Origin: Eledone cirrhosa
Lineage: Eukaryota
Direction of reading: 5' to 3'
Length of the DNA stretch: 64,000 nt
NCBI GenBank assembly: GCA_964016885.1
Contig: OZ024743.1
Span: 99,696,001-99,760,000, forward strand
Positions 38,086 through 52,135 of this stretch are shown one piece after another. Both the position numbers and the translations under genes were made by a program. The notes beneath the pieces were generated by a model that had not been told where the DNA came from, did not search any database, and saw only the letters and a list, made by a program, of their open reading frames with translations. Numbering within the stretch: position 1 is the first letter of the stretch; every line of letters begins with the position of its first letter.

Positions 38086-40674
38086 CTCATGAGCACAAGC
38101 TGAAGCACACATACGGTATGCACCACCTTCACCTCCACCTCTGAATTTCTGCAATCCATTGACTCTGGACCAGTATATTGTTTATCAACTCCCGAAAGAA
38201 TGACAGGTAAAGATGACCTTGATTGGGTTTCAACTCAGAGTTCAGAGAAACAGAATAAATAGGGAAGCATTTAATCTGATGCTCTAATAACTTTTCCAAA
38301 TCATTTATCAAAGAGATTAACATTTCTGTGTCTATATTTTTAATGAAATGCTCTCTATTTCAATTAATCAATGAAGAATTTTGAGAGATTTACCAAAATT
38401 ATTTTAATTATTTCATTATTAAGCTAACATAATGGTTCTTATATAAAATTATGTTGGAAAATTTTTATTTCAGTTTTAACATCCTGTAATGGTTTAGTAG
38501 AAAATATCTAAAAACAGGTTTGTTAATTCAAATGTTTATATTATCTTTACTATACATAGTTGTGAAAATTTGCAGGAAATTATAGAAAATAATTCAGTTT
38601 TTAATTTGATGCAGTCACAGTGCAGTTTTGTACTTTTCAAGAAAATTTTGTTAATGCAGTTTCATGTGATACAGGACATTAAGTGTTAAACAAAAACCAT
38701 TTAAAATGGGTGGTTTGCTTCATAGAACCAAAAAGGTTAAATATTTACCACACAAAGTGAGCAGCCATATAGCACACCCAGAAAAGAAGTTAACATCTAC
38801 TTGAACCTGCTGTTCAGATAATTCATACATTCATATGTTGTTAGAAATTTCTTTGAGTTAACTAGAAACCATTTCCCAGCAAGTCATAGATATCATAAGC
38901 AATTCACTAAAAGAACCACAAAATTCAATGATAGTTGCTCAATAAAATGTCAATAATTTTATTAATAGCAAAATCTAGAAATCTAATAGAAGGTATATAA
39001 CATCATCATCATTGTCATCATCCTTTAACACACACACAAACACATGCGTGTGTGTATGTGTGTGTATGAGAGTAAGTGTGCATATGTGAAGGTTGTATAT
39101 CGAATAATATACAATTTGTTTACGAATAAACATTTGAAAATCTTTAGCTATGAATTTAAAAGGTGTTGACTGATGTCATCTACCTTGTTCCAGCAGAAAC
39201 AAGGGGAAGCCACTGACAGCATTGTTTCTGTCAAGGTCATGTGCCCCCTTCTTTGCCTCTTACTGAAACTCAAATAAGCCAAAAACAATTTTTTCGTTTA
39301 TGTATATGGATTGATTAAGAATTAGAATTAGGATATTCACTCCAACATAGCTGTATACAGAGATGTATATGAAGGTTGTATATCAAATATACAACCTTCT
39401 TATACATGTATGTTAAAGGCTTTCAAATGTTTATGAATAAACATATTTTAATATCCACTTTCCCTGCAAGAGTTGGACAGGTCTACATAGATCAAGTCAG
39501 TACTGAAGCAGTGGCTACTGATCTCCCAGATAATCCAGGGATCTGTCGTCTCGCTTATGTATGGCCATACACAATGGAGATTGTCATGACTTTGACACAA
39601 TTGAGGGTCTTCCCAACCTTCTGTTTGGCAAGCTTTCTCTATGGTTGGTTGCTCTTCCTATCCCCAGCCACTTTACAGTGTATACTGGGTGTGTTTATTG
39701 TGTAGATCATTAGGGAGGTTGTTACGCCTTGGCATGACTGAAGGGTTTCCCAACCTTTTGTTTGGCAGGCCCTCTATTGCTGGAGGATGCCCATCACCAA
39801 CCATTTCTCAAGGGGACAGCAGCTAGGAGCATATGTGCGGAGGGGGCATGGGGTTTGTGTATGTATGTATATATATATATATATACATTGTTGTTGTTAA
39901 ACCTCCACCACTCATAAAATCACATGAGCACCCTAATGTAATTCTCAGTGAAATTCAGCATAACACAATGTGTAGGAAGGCTGACCAATTGAATTACAGG
40001 TAAGTTTTTCGAAGCTAGTGTAGTGGCGAAAGTTGTGACTTCTCCCCCACTGTCTTTTGATTATTGCTCTAGAGCACCACCTCTCGTGTTTTCTGATTTG
40101 TGACAGTATGGAGGTTGGATGTTAGAGAGATACTGGTATAATAATTTATTATAAATTTAGTGCTTTTTGTGCATTTTCATTTCCAATTCTAATTTACTTA
40201 GTCCATTTACAAGTTTGGAGTTTGAAGTGTGAATTTAATGTGTTTAGATTCTAGCATTGGTTTGGTTAAATTTGTTTTATTGCTGGCTCTGAATTTAATG
40301 ATTTATTGTGAATTGTGTTTTTTTACTGGGTTTATGGAATGGTTATTTGAGGTTTCAGTTAATTTGGTTTAACTTGATTTTGGTGGATAGTGGTCGTTGG
40401 GATGCATGGAAACAGCCATAGAGTGTGATGGTTGCATGTTTATAGTTGGGGAGTTTCATTATTAACCCTTTAGCATTTAAACTGGCCGTATCTGGCTAGA
40501 ATTCTCTCACTTCTTTCTGTTCTCAAATGAATAATATCAAAATGTTATAGATTTATTATGTGAGATATTATGTGAGGTAAAGCCTTTACCATGAAAATAC
40601 AATAGTAAATATAGAGTAATGTTAATGCTCTGCAGAGTATATGGTGTTAATTTATCCAACAGCCACACTCTTTG

Positions 40675-40792
40675 ATGGAAACTGGATATTGAGGGTGATT
40701 GGGTGTGATGAAGTTGTCCTCATAGTACCCACATGGAAACTGGATATTGAGGGTGATTGGGTGTGATGAAGTTGTCCTCTTAGTACCCACAT
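40675..40792. repeat. 58-bp tandem duplication
   Basis: ATGGAAACTGGATATTGAGGG...TAGTACCCAC twice, one mismatch. Confidence 0.9.
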
Positions 40793-41046
40793 TACCATAT
40801 ATCTGGGAAATGTTTAGATTTGTTCTAGATTTATTTTGGGTCTATGGGCTTCAGTTTTTATTGATCAGACTTGAGTTATTTGGTGGTTGATTTGCCTATG
40901 ATGAACGTTGCTTTATGTTAAAAGTTGTATTTTGTGTCTAAATAAATGTATTTGTGTGGTGCGTCTTGGCTGGTTTAGGTTTGTGGTATTCATTTAATAT
41001 TCTGTTATTGAGTGGGGTTGTGAGAGAAAAGTTATATATATATATA

Positions 41047-42310
41047 TCATCATCATCATCAACGTTTAACGTCCGTGTTCCACGCTTGCATGGGTTTGGA
41101 CGGGGGTTTTCCCACTTGAGGCAAGAGTGATTGTCTTGGTCGCATAGGACTGTCTGGCGGGTTTTCTACAGCTGGATGCCCTTCCTAACACCAACCACAT
41201 TTACAGTGTGGGGCTGGGAGGTTTTTACCGTGTTGCCTACATGGCCACATTATAGCGTGGACTGTGTATTTTTTGTCGTGACACCTACACGATATCATTT
41301 GTTTCGGCCTGGATGGTGTGGCACCAACATAACTTTACATTGAAGGGGCGGTGTGGATGGGGTGGGGGGGGGGTGTATTTTGTTAGAGATGCCTACTGGC
41401 TGTAGTAGGTTTTACTTTGTATTTAGGTAAGGCGGGTCTTCTCTATTACTGAGTACCGCCAAAGGTCTCGGTCCAGTGGCATTGTCTTGGAGAGGTGTAA
41501 GTGTGTGAGGTCAGAATTTATCAGCTCGTCCCAGGTTTTTCTGGGTCTGCCTACTCCGTAGCTACCGTCTATCTTTATTGCCCTGCACTTTGTTATACAG
41601 CTGTCGTCTTTCATGCGCATCACGTGACCATACCAACGTAGCCTTCTCTCGAGTAAACAACATCTGATCCCTCTTATTTCTAATTTTTTCCTTAGTTCGT
41701 TTATGCTTTGCCGTTCACGTATGTTACTATTACACATCCAGCAGAGCATGCAAGCTTCGTTCCTCTCTAGTCTGCGTATATCCTCTGCACACAATGCCCA
41801 GGTCTCACTGCCATGCAACATTGCTGTTCGTATGCAGGCATCATACAACCTGCCTTTCATTCTTGGGGAGAACCCTTTAGCGGCTAATAGTGGTATAAGC
41901 TCTCTGAACTTTTTCCAACCAGTTCTGACTCTAGCTACTGTACTTTCAGAGCACCCTCCCCCACTGCTGATTTTGTCGCCCAGGTAACGGAAGCTGTTCA
42001 CTATTTCTATAGAACCCTCTGCGCAATTGAAAGAGCTAGTATTTGTGGGCACTTGCTGCTACTTATTGCACCAGAGCACCGGCCACATGTAAAATCTATG
42101 TTCTTAGTTAGCTTACCTGTGATCCCACTACATCTTTTATGCACCCATACTTTGCATTTGGGACATAAAATGGAGTTTCTACCTACACCTTTCCTACACA
42201 CTGAGCATGGCCATTTCCCGGAAGGGACCGGCGCCTTATTTTCTTTCCTACAAACTAGAACTTTAGTCTTAGCCAGGTTAATTTTAAGGCCTTTTGATTC
42301 TAGGCCGTGC
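41047..42310 (-). mobile_element. 5'-truncated RTE LINE with PHD-like finger and type B 3' UTR
   Basis: C..CRKGVGRNSILCPKCKVWVHKRC...CGRC; FRYLGD; LHGSETW; RRLRWYGHV; (GAT)n tail. Confidence 0.93.
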
Positions 42311-43093
42311 TTATATATATATATATTGAAAGTATGTTAGCTTATTGTAAGCTGTTACAATGCAGGTTTAACTATTAAATAGTCCAACAAGTTAAGGATA
42401 TAAACCCCTAGATATGGAAAAGTGAACAGAGTCACCTGTGGAAATCAAACTCACATTTGCTGTATGCCATCACATCAAAGGACGACAGACTATTTACCCT
42501 TCACTTTTAAGCCTTATCTGTCAGCCAGAAGATGTAAACAAATGTTAGATTATTGTAAGCTTCTATAATGCAGATTTGACTATTAAATAGTTGAACAAGC
42601 TGGCCTATAACCCCACGAGTGAAAGAGTTCCTTGTGCTGACAGTAAAGTGTACCTATGGTAGAAGAAAACTTAAGCAGTGATCAGGTTTGGGTCTCAGTT
42701 GACTTGTTGTTGTTGTTATTTTCTATGATGATGATCACCATGATGATGATTGCGATGATGATAATGACAGTGGTAGTAATGACGATGGTGGTGGTGATGA
42801 AGATGCTGTTGCCAATGGTGAACAATTATGATGTTGATGATGGTACCTGCTATACCATAAAACTACTGATATTGATTTAATGCAGTAAACCCTGTATATG
42901 ATTCAGGTGTCCCCCACAATTGGCAAGACCCAAATCAGATTAAATCATTGACAGAACTAAAGCCTTTACCACAGTTACCAACAGAAATTCACAAGAACTT
43001 ATAAGCATTAACAAAAGAAAATATTTAGACTGTAAGCAATAATAAGAAAATCTTCAGCAAAGTAAAGTATATTCTACAAATGCTTTTTGAAAT

Positions 43094-43280
43094 AATTGTT
43101 TCAACTTTTGGCACAAGGCCAGCAATTACCCAGTGTATTACTGGTACTTTATTTTATCGACCCCGTAAGGATGAAAGGCAAAGTTAACCTCGGCAGGATT
43201 TGAACTCAGATCATAAAGGGACGTAACTCTATGCTTCAAAGTATGGTGTCCGACTCTCTACCGATACTGCCAATCCACCA
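43094..43280 (-). mobile_element. SINE family S1
   Basis: Homology; TSD TGCTTTTTGAAATAAT. Confidence 0.9.
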
Positions 43281-44290
43281 TTGCTTTTTGAAATAATATG
43301 CAGGAAAAAGTTGGAGAAATCACTCCATAGATTTTAAAGTTGTCATCTACAGGCAATGCTTTTGTTAAATCTTAAATAGTAAAGACCAGCAACAACAGGA
43401 ATCACACAAGCAATTGTAGTGTTATAATTATGAAGATCAAGTAATAAGTAGAATTGAGAGAGGAAGAAGAGGGGCAGAGGGGTGAATGGAGGGGGGTGGG
43501 GATAACAGAAGATTATTTATAGAATAATTTGCAGAAAATATTACAATTAATATAGGAGCTAATGAAGCTAAGAATAGTTGAAGAGTTCTTTGAATAATTG
43601 GTCTTTTACATCAATGAATTTTACTGTGTGTAAGAAAACAACATGATAGAACAATTTCCTAGAAGAACACTCTTAGCAGAAGACAAACTACTTTATAGTA
43701 ATTTGTTATATCACTTTAGATTCTGAGTTGAAATCCTGCACCAATATACTTTCGTCCTTCAGTTATCAAAAAAAAAATGTAAGTACCAGTTCTTAGAGAG
43801 AGTGGTGCCTTAGCATGGCCACAATTTAATGTCTCATCATCATTCTATGTCCTCTTTCTACATTGGCATGGGTTGTATAGGATGTTGTGGGCCAAGACTG
43901 GTTGGGTCAGAGGGACCAATTTGGCTCATTACATGCCATATTTGGCATGTTTTCTATGGCTGGATGCTCTTCATAACACCAACTCATTTACAAAGTTACA
44001 GGGTGCATTTTTCATGACACCAGCACAGGGATGAAACCAGTAAAAGAATAAAAGAATTTTCCAGACAACCATTTCTTTGTTATGGCTCGTCAGAAAAAAC
44101 ACATAGATCACTGAAACATTAATTATATATAGTTGGACATGAAAAGAAACAATTTGAGTTATCTCACTTACATAATAGAAGTCATCTTTTTCAGTATAGT
44201 GATGCCGTACAATAAGTTTAAGAGTTAACCTACTCAGCATTGATTCATAGGCTTAAGACGTTAGAATTATAGGAAAGAGATTGGGGCAAA

Positions 44291-44370
44291 ATACAGTATA
44301 CAGGATATACATGCCTTCAAGGAACTAACATACAGTATACAGGATATACATGCCTTCAAGGAACTAACAT
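44291..44370. repeat. ~39-bp tandem duplication
   Basis: ATACAGTATACAGGATATACATGCCTTCAAGGAACTAAC twice. Confidence 0.88.
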
Positions 44371-44503
44371 TGAAGTGGCAATAACTCATTACTACTCTAC
44401 ATTACTCACTATAAATATCATTCTCTACATAATACAGTTGTAATGTTGAAGAAGATTTTGAAGGATTTATTCACACCATATTCCTGGCAGTAATGTCTGT
44501 TAA

Positions 44504-44746
44504 CCCTTTCATTACCATACTTATAATAAAAGATACTGATTATGATTTTCAAATAATTTTGAAAATAATCAATAATTGAAGGGAGTTAGTAAATTAACTC
44601 TCTCAATTAAGCTGGTCTTTGAAATATAGCAAAAGTTCTTACATAAGGTATTATGGAAGGTTTTTAGATAGATACAAAGACATTACAATAAATAGCTTTG
44701 TATCATAAAACCAGGAGCAGTTTCTGGCAGTTTGCTATCAAAAGGG
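44504..44746. mobile_element. TTAA-type MITE
   Basis: TTAA|CCCTTTC...AAAAGGG; similar ends at ~46890 and ~59575-59615. Confidence 0.6.
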
Positions 44747-44931
44747 TTCCTCTTTACCTGTAGTTATGCAGTACCAAATAAAAACATTTACTTTATATGT
44801 CACAATACAAAAAAAAGAAAACAATGCAAATGAACAATGTCAAAAATTTGAACCAAGTTATTGTAAACGATAACTTTTATCAAAAACAGACATAGTTCTT
44901 AATAACAAATGAGAATAGAGGAGATGCTTAC

Positions 44932-45008
44932 TTTGATGACAATATTTTCATGATGGTGCTAGATGATGATAATGGTAATTATGTAAATGAATTTTAATAT
45001 AATTAAGT
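44932..45008 (-). other. Candidate 77-nt host exon containing a possible start (MKILSS)
   Basis: tttatcctttcag| ... AAA|gtaagc. Confidence 0.3.
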
Positions 45009-45381
45009 CTGAAAGGATAAATTCCAAATATTGTTGCTCTATTTTGAAATTTACAAATAGCATATACATTAAACACATAATTTAAGAAATTAGGTGTTTG
45101 TTCCAAAAAAAGCTGTCTGAATCCTAATTGAAATTGACGTCTCATGTGCCACTTGAAAATTAGTTCTCAATAGTGGCAATGACTTTAAGATATTATTTGT
45201 AACTCTCCCAAATAAACAGGAATCACAGCTAATCTCTTGTATTTCAAAATAAAATTTCTACTTTACACAATTTAATCTGTCTTAGAATTGTTTAGCCTCT
45301 TCAGCTTCTAGCTGTATCTGTTTGAAAGCCACAGTATTATTTTGGTCATTTCCACTATTGTGTAAACATTCACACACACAC

Positions 45382-45453
<72 letters not shown>

Positions 45454-47049
45454 TTGAACAATGAAAACAAAACATATGAGGCTTGGTGCTTAATTAATCC
45501 ATTGTTTTATGATTGTTTCCAAAGGTGCAATGAACCATGATTTTATAGATATATTGACTATGTGATAGTCGTTATGTAACTCCATAGTATTAACCTGGAC
45601 AAAACATGGCCATCTCACTGCTTTATCTCAGAAACAATGGTTTGGGAAGTCTTATTCAAAAGATACAAATAGTACATGCTAAAAGGACAGGGGACCCCAG
45701 ATAGGAAATAGAAAACTAGAAAAATAATGTATAAATGAAATAAATCTTCATACAAATATAGATTGATACATTCATTTACAGCCATTAATTAGAAAACTAG
45801 GTATGTGGCTATTATTCCAAGAAAAGTTCACTCATCATCATCATCACTGTTAGATAACACTAAAGAATGTTTCACAACCCATGGCATCCCAGATGAGCAT
45901 GTTACTCCTCTAAAATAGGAAAAGCGTTATCTGGACACCAACATGCTTCAGTTGTGACATTGATACATTGTCTAGACAAAAGTGAGGTTAATATCTTGAA
46001 TAAAGAGCAGAGCTTTCGGTAGGGCATTATCTGATAAACTATTAAGGAAAACTCCTTACCTGGGCAGATATACAACACAAATATAAAGGTGAATCAAATG
46101 TGAGAACCAACTTTATATTTCCTTTAATGTTCACATATCTTTCCAAACACTCTGGTCTGCTATGTCAGGGATGATATATTAAAAACCACACTACATTTTT
46201 ATATTAATAGATGCATGCTTATACATTTTTTAATATGTTGTGCAAGAGCATCTATCTACTTTTAGTCATATTCAGGTTATAGTCATTAGACTACGGGCAT
46301 GCCGAAGTGCTGCCTTGAAAGGGGGTTTAGTCAATCATATCAAACCCACACAAATATTTTCAAGTCTGGTACTTATTTTATTTATCTTTATTTACCAAAC
46401 CACTAAGTAAACATAAATAGCCCCCCCGCCCCCACACACACACACATGATTAACCTCTTCAGTTTCCATCTACCAAATTTAACTCACAAAGCATTGGTCA
46501 CCCTGCATATATAGTAGGAGACACTTAAGTCCTTGTGGAACTAAACCCAAAACCACATAGTTTCAAAGCAAACACCTTAACCACACAGCACCTATGTGTA
46601 TGTCTACATTATCATCCCTATTACATCAATTGAATGTAATCTGGTAACTGCAAGTGGGTCAAGAGAACTTCAATCTTTCCAAGCTGCTATATAATTAACT
46701 CAGCTCTACATAAATGTAGTTATATGAAATGCACAGGAGTATTGCTAATCGCTAATTCTTATTATGATCAAACTTTGTAATAATTTAACAATAGGACTCA
46801 TCAAGTGCAATTATTGTAGGATAAAGTAAAGTGGAAAACTAATTATACATTCATCATATAAGATTATGATAAATGTTTGCCATCATTAACCCTTTCATTA
46901 CTGTATTTCTAACGAAAAACGCTGCTAATGATTTTGAAATTATTTTGTAAATAATCAAGAATTTAGTAATATAACTAATTTTCTCATTATTAAATCCCTA
47001 CAGCCATCTTCAGTTCTTATGTAATATTTTGAACCAGTATATAAATCCT

Positions 47050-47640
47050 TGGTGGCTAAGATGACCTTGGGTAGTATGCCATAAGTTCACATGATGTTCC
47101 ACAGGATAGTCTGTGTAGGCTGTCAAATGCTTTAGTAAAGTCAATAAATGCGGGGGAATTCATTGTATTTCTTGATGATGCATCGTAGAGTAAATATTTG
47201 ATTGCCATAGAAGTGTTTGGGTCAAAATTCAGCTGCTTGCTCATGTAAGATTTGATCAACTGCCTCTTTCATTCATTTCAGGATAACATGGCAGCACACC
47301 TGAATGGTTTGAAGTTATCACAAGAGTCCACCAAAGATGCATGCTGTCTCTGATTCTCTTTGCATCGGCCATCGACAGGATTCTCAAAAGGGCAACAGAA
47401 GATAAGGGGATTGACTGGCTAGAGCAGAGGTTCTCAAATTGGGTGCTACTGCCCCCAGGAGGCATTGAGAAGGTCCAGGGGAGTACAGGAGCCTACAGAA
47501 CAAATTGAAGATCACCTAGTGATAGACAATTTGAGATGATCTGAAGGCCATCAACATCACTAGGAAAGGATATGAAGAGCAGTATTGGATTGTGTATATT
47601 GGAGCAAGCTTGTCACCCAATGTGCCACAAGGCACAGGAG
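47050..47640. mobile_element. Highly decayed RTE-like RT fragments in both orientations
   Basis: AFIDFTKAFDSLHR on minus; GV.Q.C.LSP.LF-like remnant on plus. Confidence 0.55.
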
Positions 47641-47681
47641 GACATATGGCTAAATCTAAGTATAAATATAAATATAAATAT

Positions 47682-48590
47682 AAATGAAAGGCAGACTGTA
47701 TGATGCCTGTATATTCAATTCAATTCAATATATTTGGCAGAAATTAAAACATAGATGCTTCAGATGCCATGTAAGGAGGGGAGGGGGCAACATTTACACA
47801 GTCAGAAACACAGTGGTCCAACACCAGTCCAATTTCACCTTGAATTGTTGCGTGGTTGACGTGTTGACTACTTCTTCTGGAAGCCAATTCCAGGGTCCAG
47901 AGATGCAAATCGAGAAAGCAGCTTTCCGTCTATTTAGGCGAAAGCAGCAGTGAAACAGCTTTTTGTCATGTCCATGTAGACCCCTTTCAAGTGCCGGAGT
48001 GAATAGGAGATCTTGAGGGAGATTGTAATGGCCATTGAAGAGATTGTAAGCCAAAATAAGTATACAAACAGCAATGCTACATGGCAGTGAGACATGAACA
48101 TTGCGTGCAGAGGACCTGCGCAGACTGGAATGGAACGAAGCATGCATGCTTCGTTGGATGTGTTGTAATATACGTGAACGGCAAACCATAAATGAACTAA
48201 GTGAGAAATTAGGAATAAGAGGGATCAGATGCTGTTTACTTGAGAGAAGACTACGTTGGTATGGCCATGTGATGCGCATGAAAGATGACAGCTGTATAAA
48301 AGATGACAGCTGATGGTAGTTACGGAGTAGGTAGACTCAGAAAAACCTGGGACGATCTGATAAATTCCGACCTCACACACTTACACCTCTCTAAGACAAC
48401 GTCACTGGACCGAGATCTTGGGCGCTACGCAGTAATACAGAAGACCCGCCTTGCCTATGTACAAAGCAAAACCTACAGTCAGTAGGCACCTCTTAACCAA
48501 ATATACACCCCAATCCACTACCCCTACCCTATCCTCCCATTCCCACCAACACCACCCTCTCTCTGTAAAGTTGGTACCACAACATCCAGT
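47682..48590 (+). mobile_element. RTE 3' fragment interrupted by a CR1-like insertion
   Basis: MKGRLYDACI (47684) resumes as TAMLHGSET at ~48062 and runs to KTRL and the type B UTR. Confidence 0.85.
47714..48060 (-). mobile_element. CR1-like LINE 3' fragment nested in RTE
   Basis: LHGHDKKL...RRKAAFS......WNWLPEEVV......FKVKLD; (TTGAA)n tail. Confidence 0.82.
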
Positions 48591-48624
48591 CTACATTCAA
48601 TATTATACTTTTATCACAGCAAGG

Positions 48625-48780
48625 GAGTGAATTGGTAGAGTCATTAGAATATCAGACAAAATGTTTTGCGGTATTTGTTCTGGCCCTCTGCATTCTGAGT
48701 TCATATCTCACCATGGTCAACTTTGCCTTCCATCCTTTTGAAGTTGATTAAAAAAGTACCAGGGCAGTACTGGGGTCAAT
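48625..48780 (+). mobile_element. Diverged SINE related to S1
   Basis: TTCTGAGTTC...CTTTGCCTTCCATCC...AGTACCAG...CTGGGGTC. Confidence 0.6.
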
Positions 48781-49427
48781 TCTTCCTCTATATTTCTTTC
48801 TCATTTCTCTCTCTCTTGTTCAGAACTGGTGATGGGGTGGGCTTTGCTGAGTTTATAATGCCCAAGTCAGCACCCTTACAATTCCATCATGAGTTACAGA
48901 TCTATACATACATATCACCACAGCAAATACAACAATCATCATTATACCATCATGAAACCATCATTCATTCCTACCTGTCTTACTTTATGGCAAAACAATA
49001 CCATTAATAAAACTCAAACAGTAATTTTTCTTTTTTCCTATCAACATTAATTTATAATCGTTGTTTGATACATACTTTTCTATTTTCTATAGGCAATAAA
49101 TAGTGTGGTGCAGTCAGTACATGCTTTGATGTCACTGAAGAAATGAGGAAAAAGAAAAAAGCAGCAATATTTACTCTTTGATTTATATGATTGAATGAGT
49201 CATGTGTTACATAATTTAACCAGGATATCAACTAAGTGCTGTCATCATATTAGAATTTCTGTTCATATATTTATGTCTTTTATCAACCTCCAGCTCTTCA
49301 AAGGCAAAATTGATTGTAATTCCCCAAACCTCCTTTATAACCCTTATAAAAACAACTGTTAAAAATATATATCTCAGATATTGAAAAATATATTACATCA
49401 TTAAAGAAGCAGGTATAGTTGTGTAGT

Positions 49428-49533
49428 TAAGGAGTTCACATCACCACCACTGAGTGGCACTATGAGCAAAGCCCACCATGGTCAAGGAGTTCACTTCACC
49501 ACCACTGAGTGACACCATCAGCAAAGCCCACCA
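49428..49533. repeat. ~55-bp tandem duplication
   Basis: AAGGAGTTCAC.TCACCACCACTGAGTG.CAC.AT.AGCAAAGCCCACCAT twice. Confidence 0.8.
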
Positions 49534-50796
49534 TATATATATATCATCATCCTGTTTTTTATTATGCAGGACACAATTAATCCCTAAGTAGAAGTGCGTC
49601 CTACTCCATGTGTTTCTGTCCACTGATCTCACTTGGGCCAGGCCAAGCTTAGCTTAATCCCAATGGACATCCTCCATCCAAGTCCTTCTTAGTCTTCCTG
49701 GGCCTCAACTGACTGCTGGATCAACATTCATCACTTTGCTGATCTAGCCCTCACTTTGCTCGATATATACTTTTTTGTGTGTATGTATATCCATGCCTGT
49801 GTTTACATTTACTGTTTATAACCAGCAACTTAGCAGTTCAACAAAAAGAGATCAATAAAATAAATATCAAATTTGAATAAAATAGTAGTGGGGTTAATAT
49901 GTTTGACTATGTTCCTTCAAGAAAGTGCTCAAGCGCAGCCAAAATTAAATAACTGAAACCAGTAAAATAATAAAACAATAAGAATTAAAGTTGAAGAATC
50001 AGAAAACATTAATATAGACTTGAAATCTAAAATTTGATTGCTGATTACTGGCAATTATTTTTAATGATAATTTCAAACAAAATCATTATTTTCATGATAA
50101 TAATCTCAATGATTTGTTAGCAATATATTAAGTGAAAAATATGTTTAAATTAAACATTTCACCCTCTCCACACCAGAAACAACCTTTCTTCAATGATAAA
50201 TCCTTTTCTTTTTTTATGCAATTTTAATATTAATAAATTCAATCTTGACAGTGTATTCCTTTTCATAATCTGACAAAACAATAGCAAACATAAATTATTC
50301 ACTTTTCTGTTGCTAGGAAACATACTGTTTATCTGTCTTTTATTTAGTTTATTTAATATAGTGTCTTGTCAGTCAGCTACTTTTCAAAACTAAAACTAGG
50401 GTTATTGAAATATTCTTAATTCTGAAACCATAAAATATAGAAAAAAAAACCTTGCCTTGTTTGATAAAAAGGACCAGGAAATGCAGTTAGTATTATACTT
50501 TCAAAGAAAGAACAAAGAATAGATTTGATCCATCAAAGCCATGATAGCTTTCATATTAAATTAACAAATATAATATAAAATGTCTAGAATTTATTGTTTA
50601 GTTTTGCCAAATGTATTTTAGAATAAATACTCCATATCCCTGCATGTCATAAGAGGTTACTAAAAGAGGTGGCACTAGGAAAGGCATCAAGCTGCAAAAC
50701 ATTTCCTCAAAGAACAGTGATGAATAAGAAACTTATGGGTATACAAGGCTAAATACTCTTTCATGAGGAAAAATATCTTTAAAATGCTTTAAAATG

Positions 50797-51084
50797 CACA
50801 GCTCTCATGACTTTCGGAAACATTTTTTCACGTTCAGAGTTGCTGAAGCATGGAACAAACTACCCACATCAGTTGTTAGCTGTCGAGACACTGCATCCTT
50901 TAAAACGTCCATGCTTCCTGAAATTTACCAACACTACACCTGATGTCCACCCTCCATACACATGCACATATGTATATCATGACTCATACATTGTTCATTT
51001 TCCTGACATTTGTATATTATTCTATGTACTATACATGCACCTTTGATGAGTTGTAGTGCACCTGAGCATGTACACAATAATTTC

Positions 51085-51100
<16 letters not shown>
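50797..51100 (+). mobile_element. CR1 3' end, same family as 14133-15915
   Basis: Reverse complement of ~14135-14437; (ATT)n tail. Confidence 0.9.
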
Positions 51101-51160
<60 letters not shown>

Positions 51161-51190
51161 GAAATTATATATATATATATATATATATTT

Positions 51191-51246
<56 letters not shown>

Positions 51247-51276
51247 CATCATTATCATTTAATATCCAGTTTCTTG

Positions 51277-51319
<43 letters not shown>

Positions 51320-51459
51320 CTCATTACTCTATCTAAGGTGGCTGACCTGTTGACTGTTGACATATTGCTAACTCTTTTGATGTATGTATGTGTATATACA
51401 TATATATATGTGTGTGTATATGTGTATGTATATGTATATCTCAGTGGATGCGACCAGAT

Positions 51460-51765
51460 TTCAACACAGCAACAACTACAACAACAACAGTGACACCAAC
51501 AACAACAACAACAACAGCAACAACGCTATTGTCTGTGTTGAATGCGTGTGTCTGTATGTATTTATATATATGCGACTACAATAACAGCATCAACACCATT
51601 GTCTGCAGCAACAGCAGCAGTGAAATGAAGAACAGCAACAACAACAACAACAACATTGTCTGTGTTGAATGTGTGTGTATGTATGTATTTATATATATGC
51701 AACTACATTAACAGCATCAACACCATTGTCTACAGCATCAAGTGAAATGAAGAACAACAACAACG

Positions 51766-51804
<39 letters not shown>

Positions 51805-51941
51805 ACAACAACAACAACAGCAACTACAATAACAACTACAGCAACAACAACTGCCACCACCATCACTGACCATCCACGACCGCCACCATCACCATAGTGA
51901 CACCATCCACCATCATTCACCACCACCACGACCATTACCAA
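51460..51941. repeat. Compound (AAC)/(AGC)/(ACC) low-complexity repeat with internal duplication
   Basis: Triplet tracts; ATTGTCTGTGTTGAAT...AGTGAAATGAAGAAC block occurs twice. Confidence 0.85.
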
Positions 51942-52135
51942 CGTAAAGCAAACAATTATTATTATTATATAAAAACTGAACTGGACTGGGAAAAGTCAAC
52001 AGTTGACATGATTTTGATTTTGTATCAGTACTGCCGGTAAAATAAATAAATATATATATATATTTATATATATATATATTAATATTAATATATATATATA
52101 TATATATATATATTAATATTAATATATATATATAT

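Noticed and set aside
50636-50700. TCCCTGCATGTCATAAGAGGTTACTAAAAG HDV-like remnant (similar at ~19045 and ~31545)
   Set aside because: Too degenerate to build the double pseudoknot; treated as old RTE/SINE debris
51669-51869. Poly-N/S/H protein
   Set aside because: Triplet repeat without splice or homology support
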